From the NCBI RefSeq assembly GCF_018977255.1, contig NW_024704762.1, positions 9,176,001-9,240,000 on the forward strand: a DNA stretch of 64,000 nt. The letters are read 5' to 3'. Positions 24,859 to 38,404 of the stretch are shown here, piece by piece. The stretch is from Callorhinchus milii. Its lineage: Eukaryota. The position numbers and the translations under genes were made by a program. A model generated the notes under the pieces. That model did not search any database and was not told the DNA's origin. It saw only the letters and a program-made list of their open reading frames with translations. Position 1 is the first letter of the stretch, and each line of letters begins with the position of its first letter.

Positions 24859-27579
24859 TCAACTTTTCTGAAACTGTTCGTGGCAAGCGATGGTCAGAGA
24901 AATCACCAAGATGGCAAACTCCTGGAAATCCACCGTGCCGTCTCCGTTGTGGTCCAGATCGGCCATGATCTTGTCCACAGCTTTTTCGTCCTTCTGGTTC
25001 TGAGAGACAGCGGCGGAGAGAGAGGCAGAGAGAGAGAGAGAGAGAGAGAATGAGGGAGATCTGGTTTAGCTTGAGAACTCAGAGCCATTACTGCACAGAA
25101 TCAACAACAACAAATGACATGACATCGTGGAGTCCTGTTGCTCAGTGGTTAGAGCACTCGCTTTGCAAGCGAGAGATCTGAGTTCAATTCCAGGCAGGGC
25201 GAAACCTCGGGCAAGTTTCCTTACTCCACACAGAGCCTAATAATAATCCCTCCAAAACCAAAAACAATAATAAATTGGTCATTTTCAATCTATGACTGTT
25301 TGTGGGACATTGCTGTGCGCAATTGGCTGCCGCGTTCGCCCACAAATATACAGTCCATTCACTTTACAGTGTGTTCTGTGAAGCGCTTTGGGACGTCCTC
25401 CCGACGTGAAAAGCGCTATATCAAGATGCAAGGATTATTATTATTATTATATTATTATTATTTACACAACGCCTTTCACGTCAGGAGGACGTCCCAAGGC
25501 GCTGGTAAAGTAGCGAAGATCATATTGATTAAAAAATCCAAGAGCTGGACGTAAAGTCACAAGGGCAAGTAACGAATGGATGATTAGCCAACGCTGTTAC
25601 AAAAGAATGCATTGGGTAGATGCCTAGAAGCATTGCAGCATTCTCTGCGGTTTGCAACCAGTCAGGTCTGGACGTGCAGATTAAGAGATAGATTAAGGAA
25701 TTTGGTGTCGGTTGACTTTCAAGTTCAAGATACAAAGCAGGGAATTCATTGCACATTCTCCGTTGGAGGGAACGGTTTAAAGCAGCTCCATTGCAAAATC
25801 TCCCAGGTCTGATGAAGTGCTAACTCACTTTCCTCTCTCTCTCTCTCTCTCCCTATAGATGCTGCCTGACCTGCTGAGTGTTCCCAGCCACTTCTGTTTT
25901 TATTTCAGATCTCCAGCATCTGCAGTATTTTGCCTTTGGCCAACAAAGTCTCCACTCAATTAGAATTTCCACTAAAGGACAAAAGGCCACTTGTTGGCAG
26001 ATCTTCACAAACCAGAGAATTATGGATTGAGCGATTCTGAACACGAGACAGAAAACTGTCACATGAGAGATTAGAACCATTAAAGCCAGTTAGGTCAACA
26101 TTTGGCAGTGCGGAGAGCCAGTCGTCAGTCAGTCAGTCAGTCACTCAGTCAGTGTTTCAGACAAGGCAAATGAGACTCTGTCATGAGAGTCAGTCAGCAC
26201 ATTGCGATGCTGTGTGTCAGGTTATCTCAGTTTGTAGTCCTGAGGACAAATAAGGTGTGGGCTGAGGTGGGATAGAGAATGGAATGCGTTCAGAGCAAAT
26301 TTTGATCCTTTGTTTCACAGTGGTTATAATAGAAAGTTTAGCATTGAAATAAAATATTTCCATAGTCCTCATTTCCTCATTTTTGTTCCTCTTTATTCAA
26401 GTTTTGCATATTTTCCGAGCAGTTTTGCATCCCAGATTTGACTGCTGCCCAATATGGTGTCTGTACCACAACGTATGCCCTTAGCATTGGGTAGCGTCTC
26501 AACAGTGGAGCGCTTAACAATGGCGGAGCTTGTCTCCGAGCCGGGGGGGGGGGGGGGGGTGGGTGCGGGGGGAGAGAGAGAGGGAGAGAGGGGAGAGAGA
26601 GAGAGAGAGAGAGAGAGGGGGGAGGGAGGTGACACTGTCAAAGACCACATTCCAGACTTCCAGTGCGATTTGAAGACAGGCAAGGAGAGGCGTGGGGACA
26701 AGCGGAGGCATCTGTTGAGCAGTCTTGACTACGAGATGAGGCGTTATATTGAATGCAGGAATTATTAATAATAATAATACTGTACTGTCCTGCAAACATT
26801 GAAAGCTCACTAGTAATAAGTCAAAAGACTTCCCCGCCCTTTTTCGTTTCTCCCTTGCTCTCACTTGTGAATTTCTTTACGATCTCCAATAAAACAAACC
26901 TTGAGGTTCAGACGCCTTTTATTAATGGAGGGTTGGTTTGCACAGAATGCCCCACCCGAAGACAGAATTTGCCAAGTTGGCAGAAGTTGCAATAATCTCT
27001 GGCTAGGAATGTCACACATTTGTTTCCAATCCCGCTGAGCGTAATTGGCAGCCACGTTTGGCCCACAAGACAAATTCTCTTTGCAATATATTCTGTGAAG
27101 CTCTTTGAGACGTCTCGAAGACGTGATAAGGCACTGAATGAAAAGCAGGGATTATTATTACGATTATTATTATAACAGCAGTATCCTTTCATTGAACATA
27201 CGGGTTCCGGATTCCAAGAGGGCCAAGATCTAGTCTCAGAGGGACAGCAGAAGGCCAACCCTCAAGCCTGCTCCATCCATTCTATTAGACCATGGCTGAT
27301 CTATATCTGTGACTCAACTCTAATTACCTGTCCTTGTCCTTGATGTCCCGACCTAAAAAAAAATCTAACTCAGGTTTGAAAATTTCAAATGAATTACCTC
27401 CGTCCCCACATTCCCAATCTCTGCGCAATGTTTATTACCTTCAGGAAGCATCCCAGTTCACCTTTAAAGAGATCCTTCAGTTCTGAATTGCTCAAGCTGC
27501 CTTTGCTGCCCTCTTTCTCGGAATATTTGTGGAAAATCGCCATGAGAGACAGCATAGCATTTTCTAGGTCGGAAGGCAT
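24859..27579 (-). CDS. S100 protein (S100Z/B/P-like), gene 5 (93 aa); coding exons 27579-27439 and 24999-24859
   Basis: MPSDLENAMLSLMAIFHKYSEKEGSKGSLSNSELKDLFKGELGCFLK/GTAAT ... CTCAG/NQKDEKAVDKIMADLDHNGDGTVDFQEFAILVISLTIACHEQFQKS*; both EF-hands intact; AATAAA at 24659-24664 (-). Confidence 0.95.
25127..25461 (+). mobile_element. tRNA-derived SINE, young subfamily
   Basis: Near-identical to the copies at 41591, 54045 and 56790. Confidence 0.9.
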
Positions 27580-28002
27580 GATGGTAGTGGACTGCAGAGT
27601 AGGGGCGTAGAGAACTGCAAGGAGAGAAGGGAGAGAGAGTGTTAGTCAAACAACAGACAGAAAATATTGAGCAACAGTGACTGGGATACGGGAATACCGA
27701 CTTATTCTAACTTAACGTTAATTAAGGCTTATTTGTTTCAAACTTCTAATTGGTGAAACTTCTAAAACTTCTAACAAGTCAGTGCAACTTTTAAGCAGTT
27801 TTTAACGCGACTGAGACAAACTTTTTGAGACTGAAATCAAACTTTTCTCCTGCTGCAAGGGATCGAACACGCACACTCACACACATAAAACTCCCTAAAT
27901 ACTGTACACCGAAAATATTTTGCTTTTACTTTAAAATAAAAAGGCACCCGCAAAAAAAGACGAGGAGGATTTCCTTTTGGCTGCGGCTTTGTGTATTTTC
28001 TT

Positions 28003-28140
28003 ACCAATTTGAAGCGAGTGCTGAGAGACCCACCCAGCAAGCAGTTTTATACTGTTCACAGTGCCTGTGACTCATTCCTGTGTACGTTGCATCAATCATA
28101 GTTGAGCCAAGCCCAGTGTTGGTGGATTGCATTGGTTGCC
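28003..28140 (-). promoter_or_regulatory. Promoter and exon 1 donor of S100 gene 5
   Basis: TATAAAA at 28051-28045, G/GTAAG donor at 28004, AP-1-type TGACTCA near 28068 and CCAAT near 28131. Confidence 0.6.
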
Positions 28141-28514
28141 TCGCGATAGGAAGTTCGTTCTCAACTAACTCGGGTCCTGCCCACAGAGTTGAGATCAACT
28201 TTTAGTGTAGAAATTATTAACCGCAGATTGAACAGACCCCATAAAAGCTTATCAGAAGTTAAGGATTAATAATAATTGGATAGAGTTCCCACCTTATGTT
28301 ACATTTCTACCCCTCCCGGTCCTCCCGCCCCCACCCCCTCCTGATCCCCAACCCCCAGCTCGGGTCCAAATCCCTGACTGTCCAGCGCCTTGAGACGTCG
28401 TGAACAGCGATCTGCAAATGTAACCTGTTGTTGTTCTATCCCCTCTTCCACTTGCGTTGAAGGAATATTTCATGCTGTGTTGTTTGGCGTGGACCAGGGT
28501 ATCTCTCCCTCCCT

Positions 28515-28553
<39 letters not shown>

Positions 28554-30474
28554 TCCCTTTTGAAATCATCAGTAAAGCCTTTCACCACACTCCGCTCATA
28601 AGAGGACACCCTTTATTGCCAAGAAATCATTGAATCCTACAGCACAGGAGGCCATTCGGCTCATCGAGCCTTTTGCCGGCTCTTTGAAAGAGCTACCAAC
28701 TAGTCCCACTCCTGCTCTCTTTCCCCATAGCTTTGCAATTTTTTTCCTCTCAAGTCTATCTCCGCTACCTCCGCTCCACTGGGTTCAGCCTCCTGCTTGT
28801 CCCTTGTGCTCTCTGTACCACCATCTGTGATGTTGCTTTCAGCCACTACGCCTCTGTAAGACTCTTCCTCCATCCCTAGTCCTTGCCCCCCTCCTTCCTT
28901 TCAGGCAGTGATTTCCATAACAACTCGCTGAGTAAAAAACAAAATCTCCTCATCTCCCCTCTGGTTCTTTTTTTTCCCAATTATCTCGAATCTGTGTCCT
29001 CTGGTTACTGACCAACCCTCCAGAGGAAACACTTTTCCTTTATTTACTATATGGAATTTGGCCAAACATTTGCCTTGCGTTGCTATGGTCGGACTCAGAC
29101 ACAAAGAGCTGGCCTGTTACTGGTGGAACTTAATTTGACAGTAAATAAAAGCAACTGAAGAGAAACAGGAAATCTAGTTGAAAACTCCTCTCGCTGACAA
29201 AGGTGTCTAATAAACATACCAGAGGTACATCTATATTGCTACACTTGGGTCAATAGTTATGAGCCACTTAATATCTCTCTTAAACTAAAGTTTACGGGTA
29301 ATTTTCCAAGGTTTATCTGAGTGAGATCAAGCCAATCTTTTTGCCCCGCCTAATTGTGCAGCAGATGTAAATGATTCATTCATTAATCATTTAATATATT
29401 GTCTGTACATCGCCCTTGGAGCCATATTTATTGTTAACCGTTGAGCAATCTGCAGAGGTTGAATCAAAGGTGGGATTGTGTTGGGAGAAGGGTAGTAAAC
29501 TGACCCAATTCTCTGACAGACAGACTAGTTTGCTTCTCATACACTACCTTTGTATCTTATTCAGAGTTGGTCATGGTGAATAAAGTAATATACCTCTTAC
29601 TTCTGGGACTCCCTTCCTCTACCTCTCTGACTTGCTCCCCCCTCCCAACCTGTCAGCCTGACTCCGAGCCTGGGGTTGGGGGGAGGTGGTGGCCGTAAGC
29701 ACGGTCGATCAGGACATCCCAAGGTGCTGGAACCTACCACCTCCACCCAACCTATAGTCATTTCCCCTTATCCCCCCGTCTCCCTTCTCTCTTGCTCGCT
29801 CCGTCGTTGTGAATTATTTGTTATAATAATAATCCTTGCACTTGATATAGCGCCTTGTCATGTCCTTGAGACGTCTCAAAGGATTTTGTCTTGATCTTGT
29901 CAGGAACCAATAGGTCTTAGGATCCAGATCTCAACCCACCCCCAACCCCATTGGGACTTTTAATAGCTCACAGTTGAAGCTGAATCTCCAGGACAGTATT
30001 GGTGGGGGGGCGGGGAGGGAGGGCGGGGGGGCATTCAGCTAATGCCTCCATAGCACAATGTGTAACCTCAGGTATGAAAGCAGATGGAAATTCTTTTTTG
30101 TGTTACGGGGCCTTTCTCTCCAGCTCTGTAATTATTAACTCATCCATGGGTGGAGCTGTATTTACACAGTGTTTTATTGTTTACGGTTTAAGGTTGGTAG
30201 CACAAAGGCAGAGGGTCCTGACAGACAACCTGAGCGACATTTATTATAATATTATAATCCTTCCTTCATGTGATTGCATTCAAATATTTCAAGGCATTGA
30301 ATCAACAGCTGTGTCATTTTAACGCACGGTTTGAGCTAAAGATCAGGATTTTTCTGTGCATTGTTTTTCACCTCCAGCACAGTACCGGGGGGGAAATCCT
30401 ATCTCGTTGGAGCTGCTCTGCTTCACTTTGAGACCAAGGCAGGCAAGAACTTGTCTGTCAAGTTCTTCAGGAAC

Positions 30475-31430
30475 ATTTGTATAGCGCCTTTCACGTCGGG
30501 TGGGGTGGGTGGGTCAGGGGACGTGGAGCAGGCCAGAACCGGCTGAGCGGGGGGAACCGGCAGGTTGGTAGGTGGTTAGGAGAACACAGAGGTAGAGTGG
30601 GGCGAGGCCATGGAAGGCTTTGTAGGTAAGAACAAGGATCTTGAACTGGATCCTCCGAAGGATAGGGAGCCGGTGGAGTGGGGGAGAGTGGGGGAGATGG
30701 TGTCACGGAGTTTGGTGCAGGAGAGGACATGGGCTGCAGAGTTCTGGAGGGAGGAGTTGGGAAGGCCGACAAGCAGGGGGTTTGCATAGAGGTGATGAAG
30801 GCATGAACAAGAGTTTCAGCGGTCTGAGGGTGAGGTAGTGGAGGAGTCGGGCAATGTTATGGAGGTGAGGGAAGGCAGAGCGGGTTATGGCTTGGAGGAG
30901 ACAAGGACAGAGCCCTGGGGGACGCCAGATGTGACAGTGCGGGGGCTGGAAGAGAAACCGTTAGGGAAGGTGGTGAAAGAGATAGGATTCGATCCAGGCA
31001 AGGGCAGCTCCGCGGAGATTGAGTAAAGCGGAGAGGCGGTGTAGGAGGATGGAGTGGTCGACAGGGTCGAAGGCGACAGAGGGTTCGAGGAGGACAAGTA
31101 GGCAGAGGGAGCCCTGATCAAGCTGTTCAGAATGTCGTTAGTGACTTTGACCAGGGCCGTTTCCCTGCTGTGGGCAACATAGCACGAAAGACAGCAGAGA
31201 TAGAACAGGAGGGGTTGAATTGGAGGTTGAAGTCACCTAAGATTAGGAGGCGTTAGAGCAGAGGGAATGGGAAGATAGGAGGGTGGAGATGTCCGAGAGG
31301 AAGGTGGGGGAAGGCTTGGGTGGAACGGTAAACAAGGAGGACTTTGAGGGAAAGACTGGATGGGTGGTAGAGGGTTAGGTGTTCAAAGGAGGGAAAGGTT
31401 TCGGAGGAGTAGGGGCAAAGGGGAAAGACA
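30475..31430 (-). mobile_element. L2/CR1-clade LINE fragment with internal deletions
   Basis: GVPQGSVL on the - strand; same family and 3' end as 7290-8537; runs into the assembly gap. Confidence 0.85.
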
Positions 31431-31431
31431 T

Positions 31432-31616
31432 NNNNNNNNNNNNNNNNNNNNNNNNNNNNNNNNNNNNNNNNNNNNNNNNNNNNNNNNNNNNNNNNNNNNN
31501 NNNNNNNNNNNNNNNNNNNNNNNNNNNNNNNNNNNNNNNNNNNNNNNNNNNNNNNNNNNNNNNNNNNNNNNNNNNNNNNNNNNNNNNNNNNNNNNNNNNN
31601 NNNNNNNNNNNNNNNN
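31432..31616. other. Assembly gap
   Basis: Run of N. Confidence 1.
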
Positions 31617-34600
31617 CTTTCTTTCATTCTTTGAAAAAATCTACAGAGGTTGAATCAATGGTGAGGCTGTGCTGGGCGAAGGGGAGTGAGCCTGACTCGA
31701 TTCTCTGATAGACAGACAGCGCTCCAGGCCACTCTTGCTGAATACTTTTGTTTTTACGCCCTTCCCTCCTCCCGCCTTTCTCCCTTGTTCAGGGTCCGAC
31801 CCCTTCTTTGTGAAGCGCTCCGAAACCTTATCCTACACGAAGGGCGCTACACAAATACAAATTGTTGCAGGCCATTTTTTAACGTGTAAAGTAAAGTGTT
31901 GAGGCTAATCCCCAAGGAATTCCCCAGCTGTAATTTCAAAATTCCCCACCAGTAAATTGACCTTCCATAAAAATAATAATATTAATACTATTAATAACAA
32001 TACAGAGAATTACCCTAATAATTACCCCTATTATAATTAACGACATTGGATGATTTATTACTTATTTAATTTCCTGCTTTCCTTCACCTTGTTGTAATCA
32101 TTCTGAGGTTTGAAAGAAATACCCGAAGCGTTGCTGCATCTGCAGCAACAATCTGCTTTTAATGTTTCTGGATGTGGGTTAAAAATGCATCCTTTTGAGT
32201 TCAGTCCCAATCAGTGACTATTGCTTAAAAAATGCCCTGGATTGTTGTGTTTGTGATTATAAAGTTCCCGCCTGTGTTGGACACTTTCCCAGCAGAACAA
32301 GAGTTGCAGCGCTGCCTGGTGATGAAGTCGCGCAATGGCCATTCACAAGATCAACCACCGTTTCAGTTCACACCCACACACTCACACACACACAGTACAA
32401 TGATGTCAATGGAAAATTGAGCAATTTTATCCGGAGGTTTGTTGGCCTGGAAACCAGGAGGAACTCCCTCCTCCCTTCCAATAGCATTTCAGGATCGTTA
32501 ACTCTTAACAGCCAGGAATTCGGTTTAAAGCCTCACCAAAAACGATGGTCCTTCAATTGTCCAATTGTCGCCCCCCCCCACCACCTCCCATTACCCACAG
32601 CCCTCCACACACCCCCACCCCACCAACCCAAAAAAAAATACCGCAACGAAGTCTGTGTCAGCCTGCGCTGTGAGCTCAAAGGAGCAATAATAAATAAGCA
32701 AGTGCGTGACAGCCTGGCTCAGTGGTGGCGCTCTCATCTCTGAGTCATAAGATTGAGGGTTCAAATCGCATTCTGCACTTGAATCACATCGTCTAAACAG
32801 ACCCTCAGCGCAGTGCTGGGGATGTGTTGCATTGTCCTTCGTGTGAGACGTTAGAACAAGGTCCCCTCTGCCTGCTCAGGTGGACGTTGAAGATCCCACG
32901 GCACTCTTTAAAAAGGGCAGGGAGTTTCTCTCTTTCCCAATGTCCGGGCCAACACGTCTCCCCAATAAAATTGGTTGTTTGTTTCATGGCTGTTTGTGGG
33001 ACATCGCTATGCGCAATCGTCCTGCCGCGTTTCGCCCACAAAAATACAGTCACTACATTTCACGGTAAATCCTGTGAAGCACTTTGAGACGTTCTTCCGA
33101 TGTGATAAGGCGCCTGCCAAGTGCAAGGATTATTATAAGTATTGTTACTACTGTATAAACTTCAATTTAATCAAGAATCCAGTTGTGTGCAGCCAAAACA
33201 TACATCTGTGGGTGTTATTGAACGATTGTTAGTTTTCAATCAGGGAATTTCTGACGAAGGTTCGTGGACCGGGAACGTTGACTCACTTTCCTTTCTCCAT
33301 AAATGCTGCCTGACTTGCTGAACGTTTCCGGTGACTTCTGCTTTTGTTTCAGCTTTCCAGCATCCGCAGTATTTTGCATGTTTATTTGTAAGAGAATTTC
33401 TGATCCCTGTTTCAGATGTTTTCTGAAGCGAGCGCTGCTGGACTGTTGCAGATAAACAAACTGATGATTCAGTTTCCTGAAGCTGTTAGGAAGCCTGAAA
33501 AAAACAACCCTGCAGAATATGTCATGCAACTTGCGTGTGTTCCCTGATATTCCTGCTGCGTCTCGCAGGGAAATGGGATCCTATCTGGGGGAAGGCAAAC
33601 ACTCTCTTACTTTGAATGAACAAATCAACCTGAGTCCTGACGATCAGAAAGATTCCAGGAGTAAACACTGGATAAGCTCTTCCAGCTGTTTGCAGCTTTC
33701 AAACACAAAGACCTGATGCTTTGTGGTTGTAACTTCTTTTATCTTTTTCAGTGTCTTCCCAGGTCTTGTGGAGAATCCGTAGCGTAGTGGTTAGCGCGCT
33801 CACCCCGTTTGACTCCCGGGCTCCTTAGGCAAGGTTCCTTACGCCACACGCCGCTGTATACCTAGCAAGTAGGCCAACTAGCAAATCCAGCTGTTAGTCA
33901 GTTGGTGGATCGAGCTGTGGGGTTGGTGAGGTTTTAGAAGGTCACAGAGGTAAGGTTGGGCAAGGCCATGTAGGGCTTTAAAAGTGAGGAGGAAGATCTG
34001 GAACTCGATCCTCTGGGGGAATCAGCGCCCAGTCTCAATCTGACGACTTCAAGATTGTAGATCGGTCAGGTGTTTACCCAGATTTGCTGCTGTTTATTTT
34101 GGAGGTTTGCGAAGCGCCATTTCCTGAGATGGCAAGTGATAAGGTTGTGATGTTTCAAAACACTGCTTCTCAGCACGTTTCCCTCAGTCTCTACTTTAAG
34201 CATAAAATGAGGATAGAGATTATTCTCGGCTGGACAGTTAGGCACTGGGCAGACTTCTCGATAAGACGTGTCTTCCTCTGAGCTTTACCAAATTCTCACT
34301 GACTATTTTATCCTCATGTGCAGGACCCTCCTTCTCTCAACCGAGTAAGTCTCCATTTGGTTATATTCCTCTTTTTGCCCACCTCATGTTTTCAATTTCA
34401 CAACCGGAACCTCCTCGTTTCTCCCGACTTTACCCCAGATTGTCTTAAAAGGCGCAAGAGAGAGAGAGAGAGAGAGAGAGAGACATCTTTTTTAACCTTT
34501 GCAGCATAATTTTGGCGATTTAGAAATGTCATCGATTCTTTAAGATAATCGGTAAGAGAACCAGTGGGGAGACGAGGAGAATTATTTTCATACCCGGTCT

Positions 34601-34819
34601 GGAACGCACTGCCCGTGAAAGGGTGGTGGAAGCACTTTGAGAGACGTCTCAAAGCGCTTCACAGAATATACTCAAGTGAATTGACTGTATACTTTGCAGG
34701 GCTTTGTAGGAGAAAAGCAGCAGCCAATTGCGCACAGGGGTGTCCCACAAACAGCCGTGGATTGATTGAGTGACTGAATTATCATTTTTTTTCTTTCACT
34801 TTTTCCTTTGCTCATTGTT

Positions 34820-35200
34820 GGAGGAGGTTTCAGGCAAAACCATTCAGCCTTAGTTAACCTGGGGAAACCAGATGTGAATCATCTGACCAGTTACACCAGC
34901 ACCGGGATCACCCCCCCACCATTTACTGCGTCATCTTCCTCATCAGGCTCCCTGCGAATGGCGTGGCCTTATTTTTCCTGGTCGCCAGGATCAAGAAGAT
35001 GCCTTCGACCATCTTCCTCATCAACCTGGCCACAACGGACCTGCCCTTCAAGTTCTCTTACCACTTCCTGGGCGACAAGTGGACGTTCACCAGCACATTC
35101 TCACACAGGACAACGACCTATACCTCTGGTCCTCAGCACCTTCAACAGCTGCATTGACCCTTTCGTCCATCACTACATCCCCCAAAAGCTTCAGGGAGGA
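34820..35200 (+). pseudogene. Proteinase-activated receptor pseudogene (internally deleted)
   Basis: HLTS...IYCVIFLIRLPANGVALFFLVARIKKMPSTIFLINLATTDLPFKFSYHFLGDKWTF joined almost directly to [18 protein letters not shown]; frameshifts, a deletion in TM2 and loss of TM3-TM6. Confidence 0.88.
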
Positions 35201-35954
35201 CGTGATAGACAAGAGGAACCCAAAGATACAGTGAAAACATCACAACAAGTCAATCAGACCAACAATGTGTTAGGGTCTGGGACTAAAATTCAATGATGTC
35301 TTAGATTTGAACTTTTACGTATGTTCACTCTCTCACTTCCCTCTTGCCCTCCACCCCTCTTGATCCGGTTGCCTTGAGAAGATAGTGTTACCATCATGGT
35401 GTCGGGATTTTGACCTGTTAGACTTGTCAGCCCATTTGGATGAAATGGGCAACAAAAACAGTTAACTGACAATTTAATGCCGGATCCAAGCTTCACGTCC
35501 AATCATTGCAAGCGAAGATGGGGTGGGGGGGTGGGGGAACGGGAGGTAGGAGGGAATCCATAACCCACATGCGATTCAATCTGTTGTCTAGTCATTGATG
35601 AAATGGAACCGTCAACACTTTGATGGTGAGATACAGGTAGTGAGGTGGCCTCGCCAAGCTCCGCTCTATTGAGACTTTTGACTTGCAGAAACCCAACAGA
35701 ATAAAAACGAAGGGGATAAAATAACTCAAGTCTTATCTGTTGAGGTTCTCGTGATGTCATTTCCTTCTTCCCCACAGTGTCAGGAGATTGGACTTTGGTT
35801 TCCTGCTGTTCCTGATGCTTTTTGTTATCAATGTCTAATATGAGGAGGATGTGAGTTCCGACTCTCTCTCCTCCTTCTCTCTCTCCCTCTCTTTGCACTT
35901 CCCAAGGGAGCAAAGACACAGTGGGCTGACTGAGCTCTTTGAAGCCAACCAATA

Positions 35955-38404
35955 ATGGTTGGGTCTCGGATGCCCCTGGCTCTCCTTCTGTCAGTCCTGT
36001 TAATGTCCTACACAAGATTCTGCTGTTCACAGAGAGGTAAGAAATTTGTCTCTTTATTAGAATGAGTCTTGCATCTTTTGCCCGGGCCAATAGTTTTCTA
36101 TGTAATAATAACCCTGGCATTTGGTACAGCGCCTTATCAAGTTGATGAGACGTCTCAAAGCGCTTCACAGGATATATTGTGAAGTGGAGTGACTGGGTAT
36201 TTTGTGGGCAAAACATGGCAGCCAATTGCGACATAGATTGAATGGCCAAATTTCTTTTTTTTTAATTACCCCCGGAAAAGCAAGTAAGAGAGGGAGAAGG
36301 CATTTTGGAAGAATTGGTTCCACAGAGCAGGGATAGAGAGGCTGAGAGTTCAGTGACTGATGGTGGGACGAGGGGAAAAGTGGGGGGGGGGGGTAAGACT
36401 TGCAGCAAGACTGCATTTGGGGATCAGAGGGTATGTGTGGGGGAGAGCAAGGCTAGAAATTATTTTTTTCTATCATGCAGCTTCCCCAATTTCACCCCCA
36501 AAAATACACAGTCACTCCACTTTGAGTGTATCCTGCGAAGCGCTTTGAGATGTCTCGACGACTTGATACGGTGAGAGCTACATATCAAATGCAAGGATTA
36601 TTATTGTTGTTAATACAACATAAACCTCGGAAACCGCTATGGACAAGAGACACCCAACTCATCACACTCCCTTACTTTACTTGAGAGTCCCAGGTGTTCC
36701 TTTGGTTTCCTCAGTTCAGAGCCACAGTAAATTGGCTATATATTAAGTTTGCGCTGATGGGATCTGTAGATAAGATGAGAGCTAAGAGGTCATAGTTTCA
36801 GTACACCCCACCCCCCTGTCTTGGGGTCGTGCTCCACCACTATCAAGCGCTCTACTCTGCCTGAGGGGCGCTGAGTAAATGCAAATTGTTGTTGCTGTTG
36901 TTGTTGTGAACGAGAATGACGTGAAGGGTCTGAAGTCCAGGAGGGAATAAAATACAGAGATAAAACCATCTAAAAGCCATAATTAAACTAATAACAACAA
37001 TAATAATAAAAATAATTCTTGCATTTTATGTTCTGTATTTTTTTTCCCGCCCCGGCCTTATCACGTCTTCGAGACGTCTCAAAGCGCTTCACAGGGCACA
37101 CTGTGGAGTGGAGTGACTGTGTGTTTTGTGGGTGAAACTCTATTCTCTCCTCTCTGTCTATTGCAGACAACAACAGCAATTGCTTGGGAAGAGTCTTAAC
37201 CTTCACAAATTGTCAAGCCGACATAGGTAACCCCCTCCCGAACGGAGTCCTGGACAAATCGGCCAAATATCACCTGACCAGCCCCATCACCACGGTAGTC
37301 ATCCCCACCCTTTACACCTTGGTCTTTCTCTTCGGTTTGCCGTCCAACGGGCTGGGTCTTTTGACGCTGGTCCTAAAGATGGAGAAGACGCCGTCCACCA
37401 TCTTCCTGATGAACCTGGCGATGGCAGATCTGCTCGTGATCCTCATGCTCCCCTTCAAGATCCACTACCACTTCCTGGGGAACCACTGGGTGTTCGGGGA
37501 AGCTCTGTGCCGGACACTGACTGGCCTGTTCTACGGGAACCTGTACTGTTCCGTGTTGCTCCTCACCGCCATCAGCATCGACAGGTACCTAGCTTTAGTC
37601 CATCCCTTCTTCTCCAGGCGCTTCAGAGACAAGAGCTTTGCCATTTGTACCTGTGCCGTCATCTGGGTGTTGGTTGGTGTCTCCCTGATGCCATTGCTGC
37701 TCCAGAGACAGGTCTATACCTTCGAGGATCTGAACATCAACACCTGCCACGATATGTTGCCCGAGATCGAGTCCGATTACGTCCTCTATTACTTTGTCTG
37801 CCTGGTTGTGCTTGAGTTTGCAATCCCGTGCCTCATCATTATATTCTGCTACACGTCGATAATAAGGACCTTGATTGTGAACAAGAAGAAATACGCACGA
37901 GCTGCTAAGATCACCTTTCTGCTCCTCATAGCTTTCCTTCTTTGTTTCGCTCCCAGTAACATCACCCTTCTCATCCATTACTCTGTCCATCCTCGCACGC
38001 ACAACCACAACATCTACTTGTATTACTTGATCTGCCTAGCACTCTCCAGCTTCAATAACTGTCTTGACCCTTTCCTGTACTATTACATCTCGGATGAGTT
38101 CAGGGAGAAGGTTCGAAGCCTCTTTAGGGATGCAGAAGGCGAACACTCTCAGAAAACATCCCACAAGCTCATGTCAGCCAACACCTGCTCCAGATCGCCG
38201 CAAATGGCTTCTCTTCCACCCCCCGCACTGTCTCATGTGGTGTCCCTCAGGGCTCTGTCCTCGGTCCCCTCCTCTTCACCCTCTATATGCTCCCCCTTGG
38301 TGACATCATCCGCAGACATGGAGTTAACTTCCACATGTATGCGGATGACACCCAACTCTACCTTTCCTCCTCTACTCTCAACTCCACGACCACCGATGTC
38401 CTGA
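35955..38404 (+). CDS. Proteinase-activated receptor (PAR3/PAR4-like), PAR-A, 439 aa; exons 35955-36036 and 37167-38404
   Basis: Signal-peptide exon [33 protein letters not shown] (phase 1) joins in frame at TTGCAG/AC. 7TM has [32 protein letters not shown] and DPFLYYY. The C-terminal ~65-70 aa are read from an inserted LINE. Confidence 0.9.

Noticed and set aside
25300-25554. Recurrent [22 protein letters not shown]...YYYY in several places
   Set aside because: Translation of the SINE core and (ATT)n tail; not a gene family.
32195-32743. 182-aa ORF
   Set aside because: No recognisable motif; runs through microsatellite and SINE sequence.
33700-33765. Hydrophobic stretch ending CCAG/GT as a possible exon 1 of the PAR pseudogene
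   Set aside because: No in-frame ATG, an upstream stop and a weak donor; unsupported.
35503-36249. 248-aa ORF on the - strand
   Set aside because: Starts in a SINE, lies antisense to PAR-A exon 1 and has no recognisable domain.
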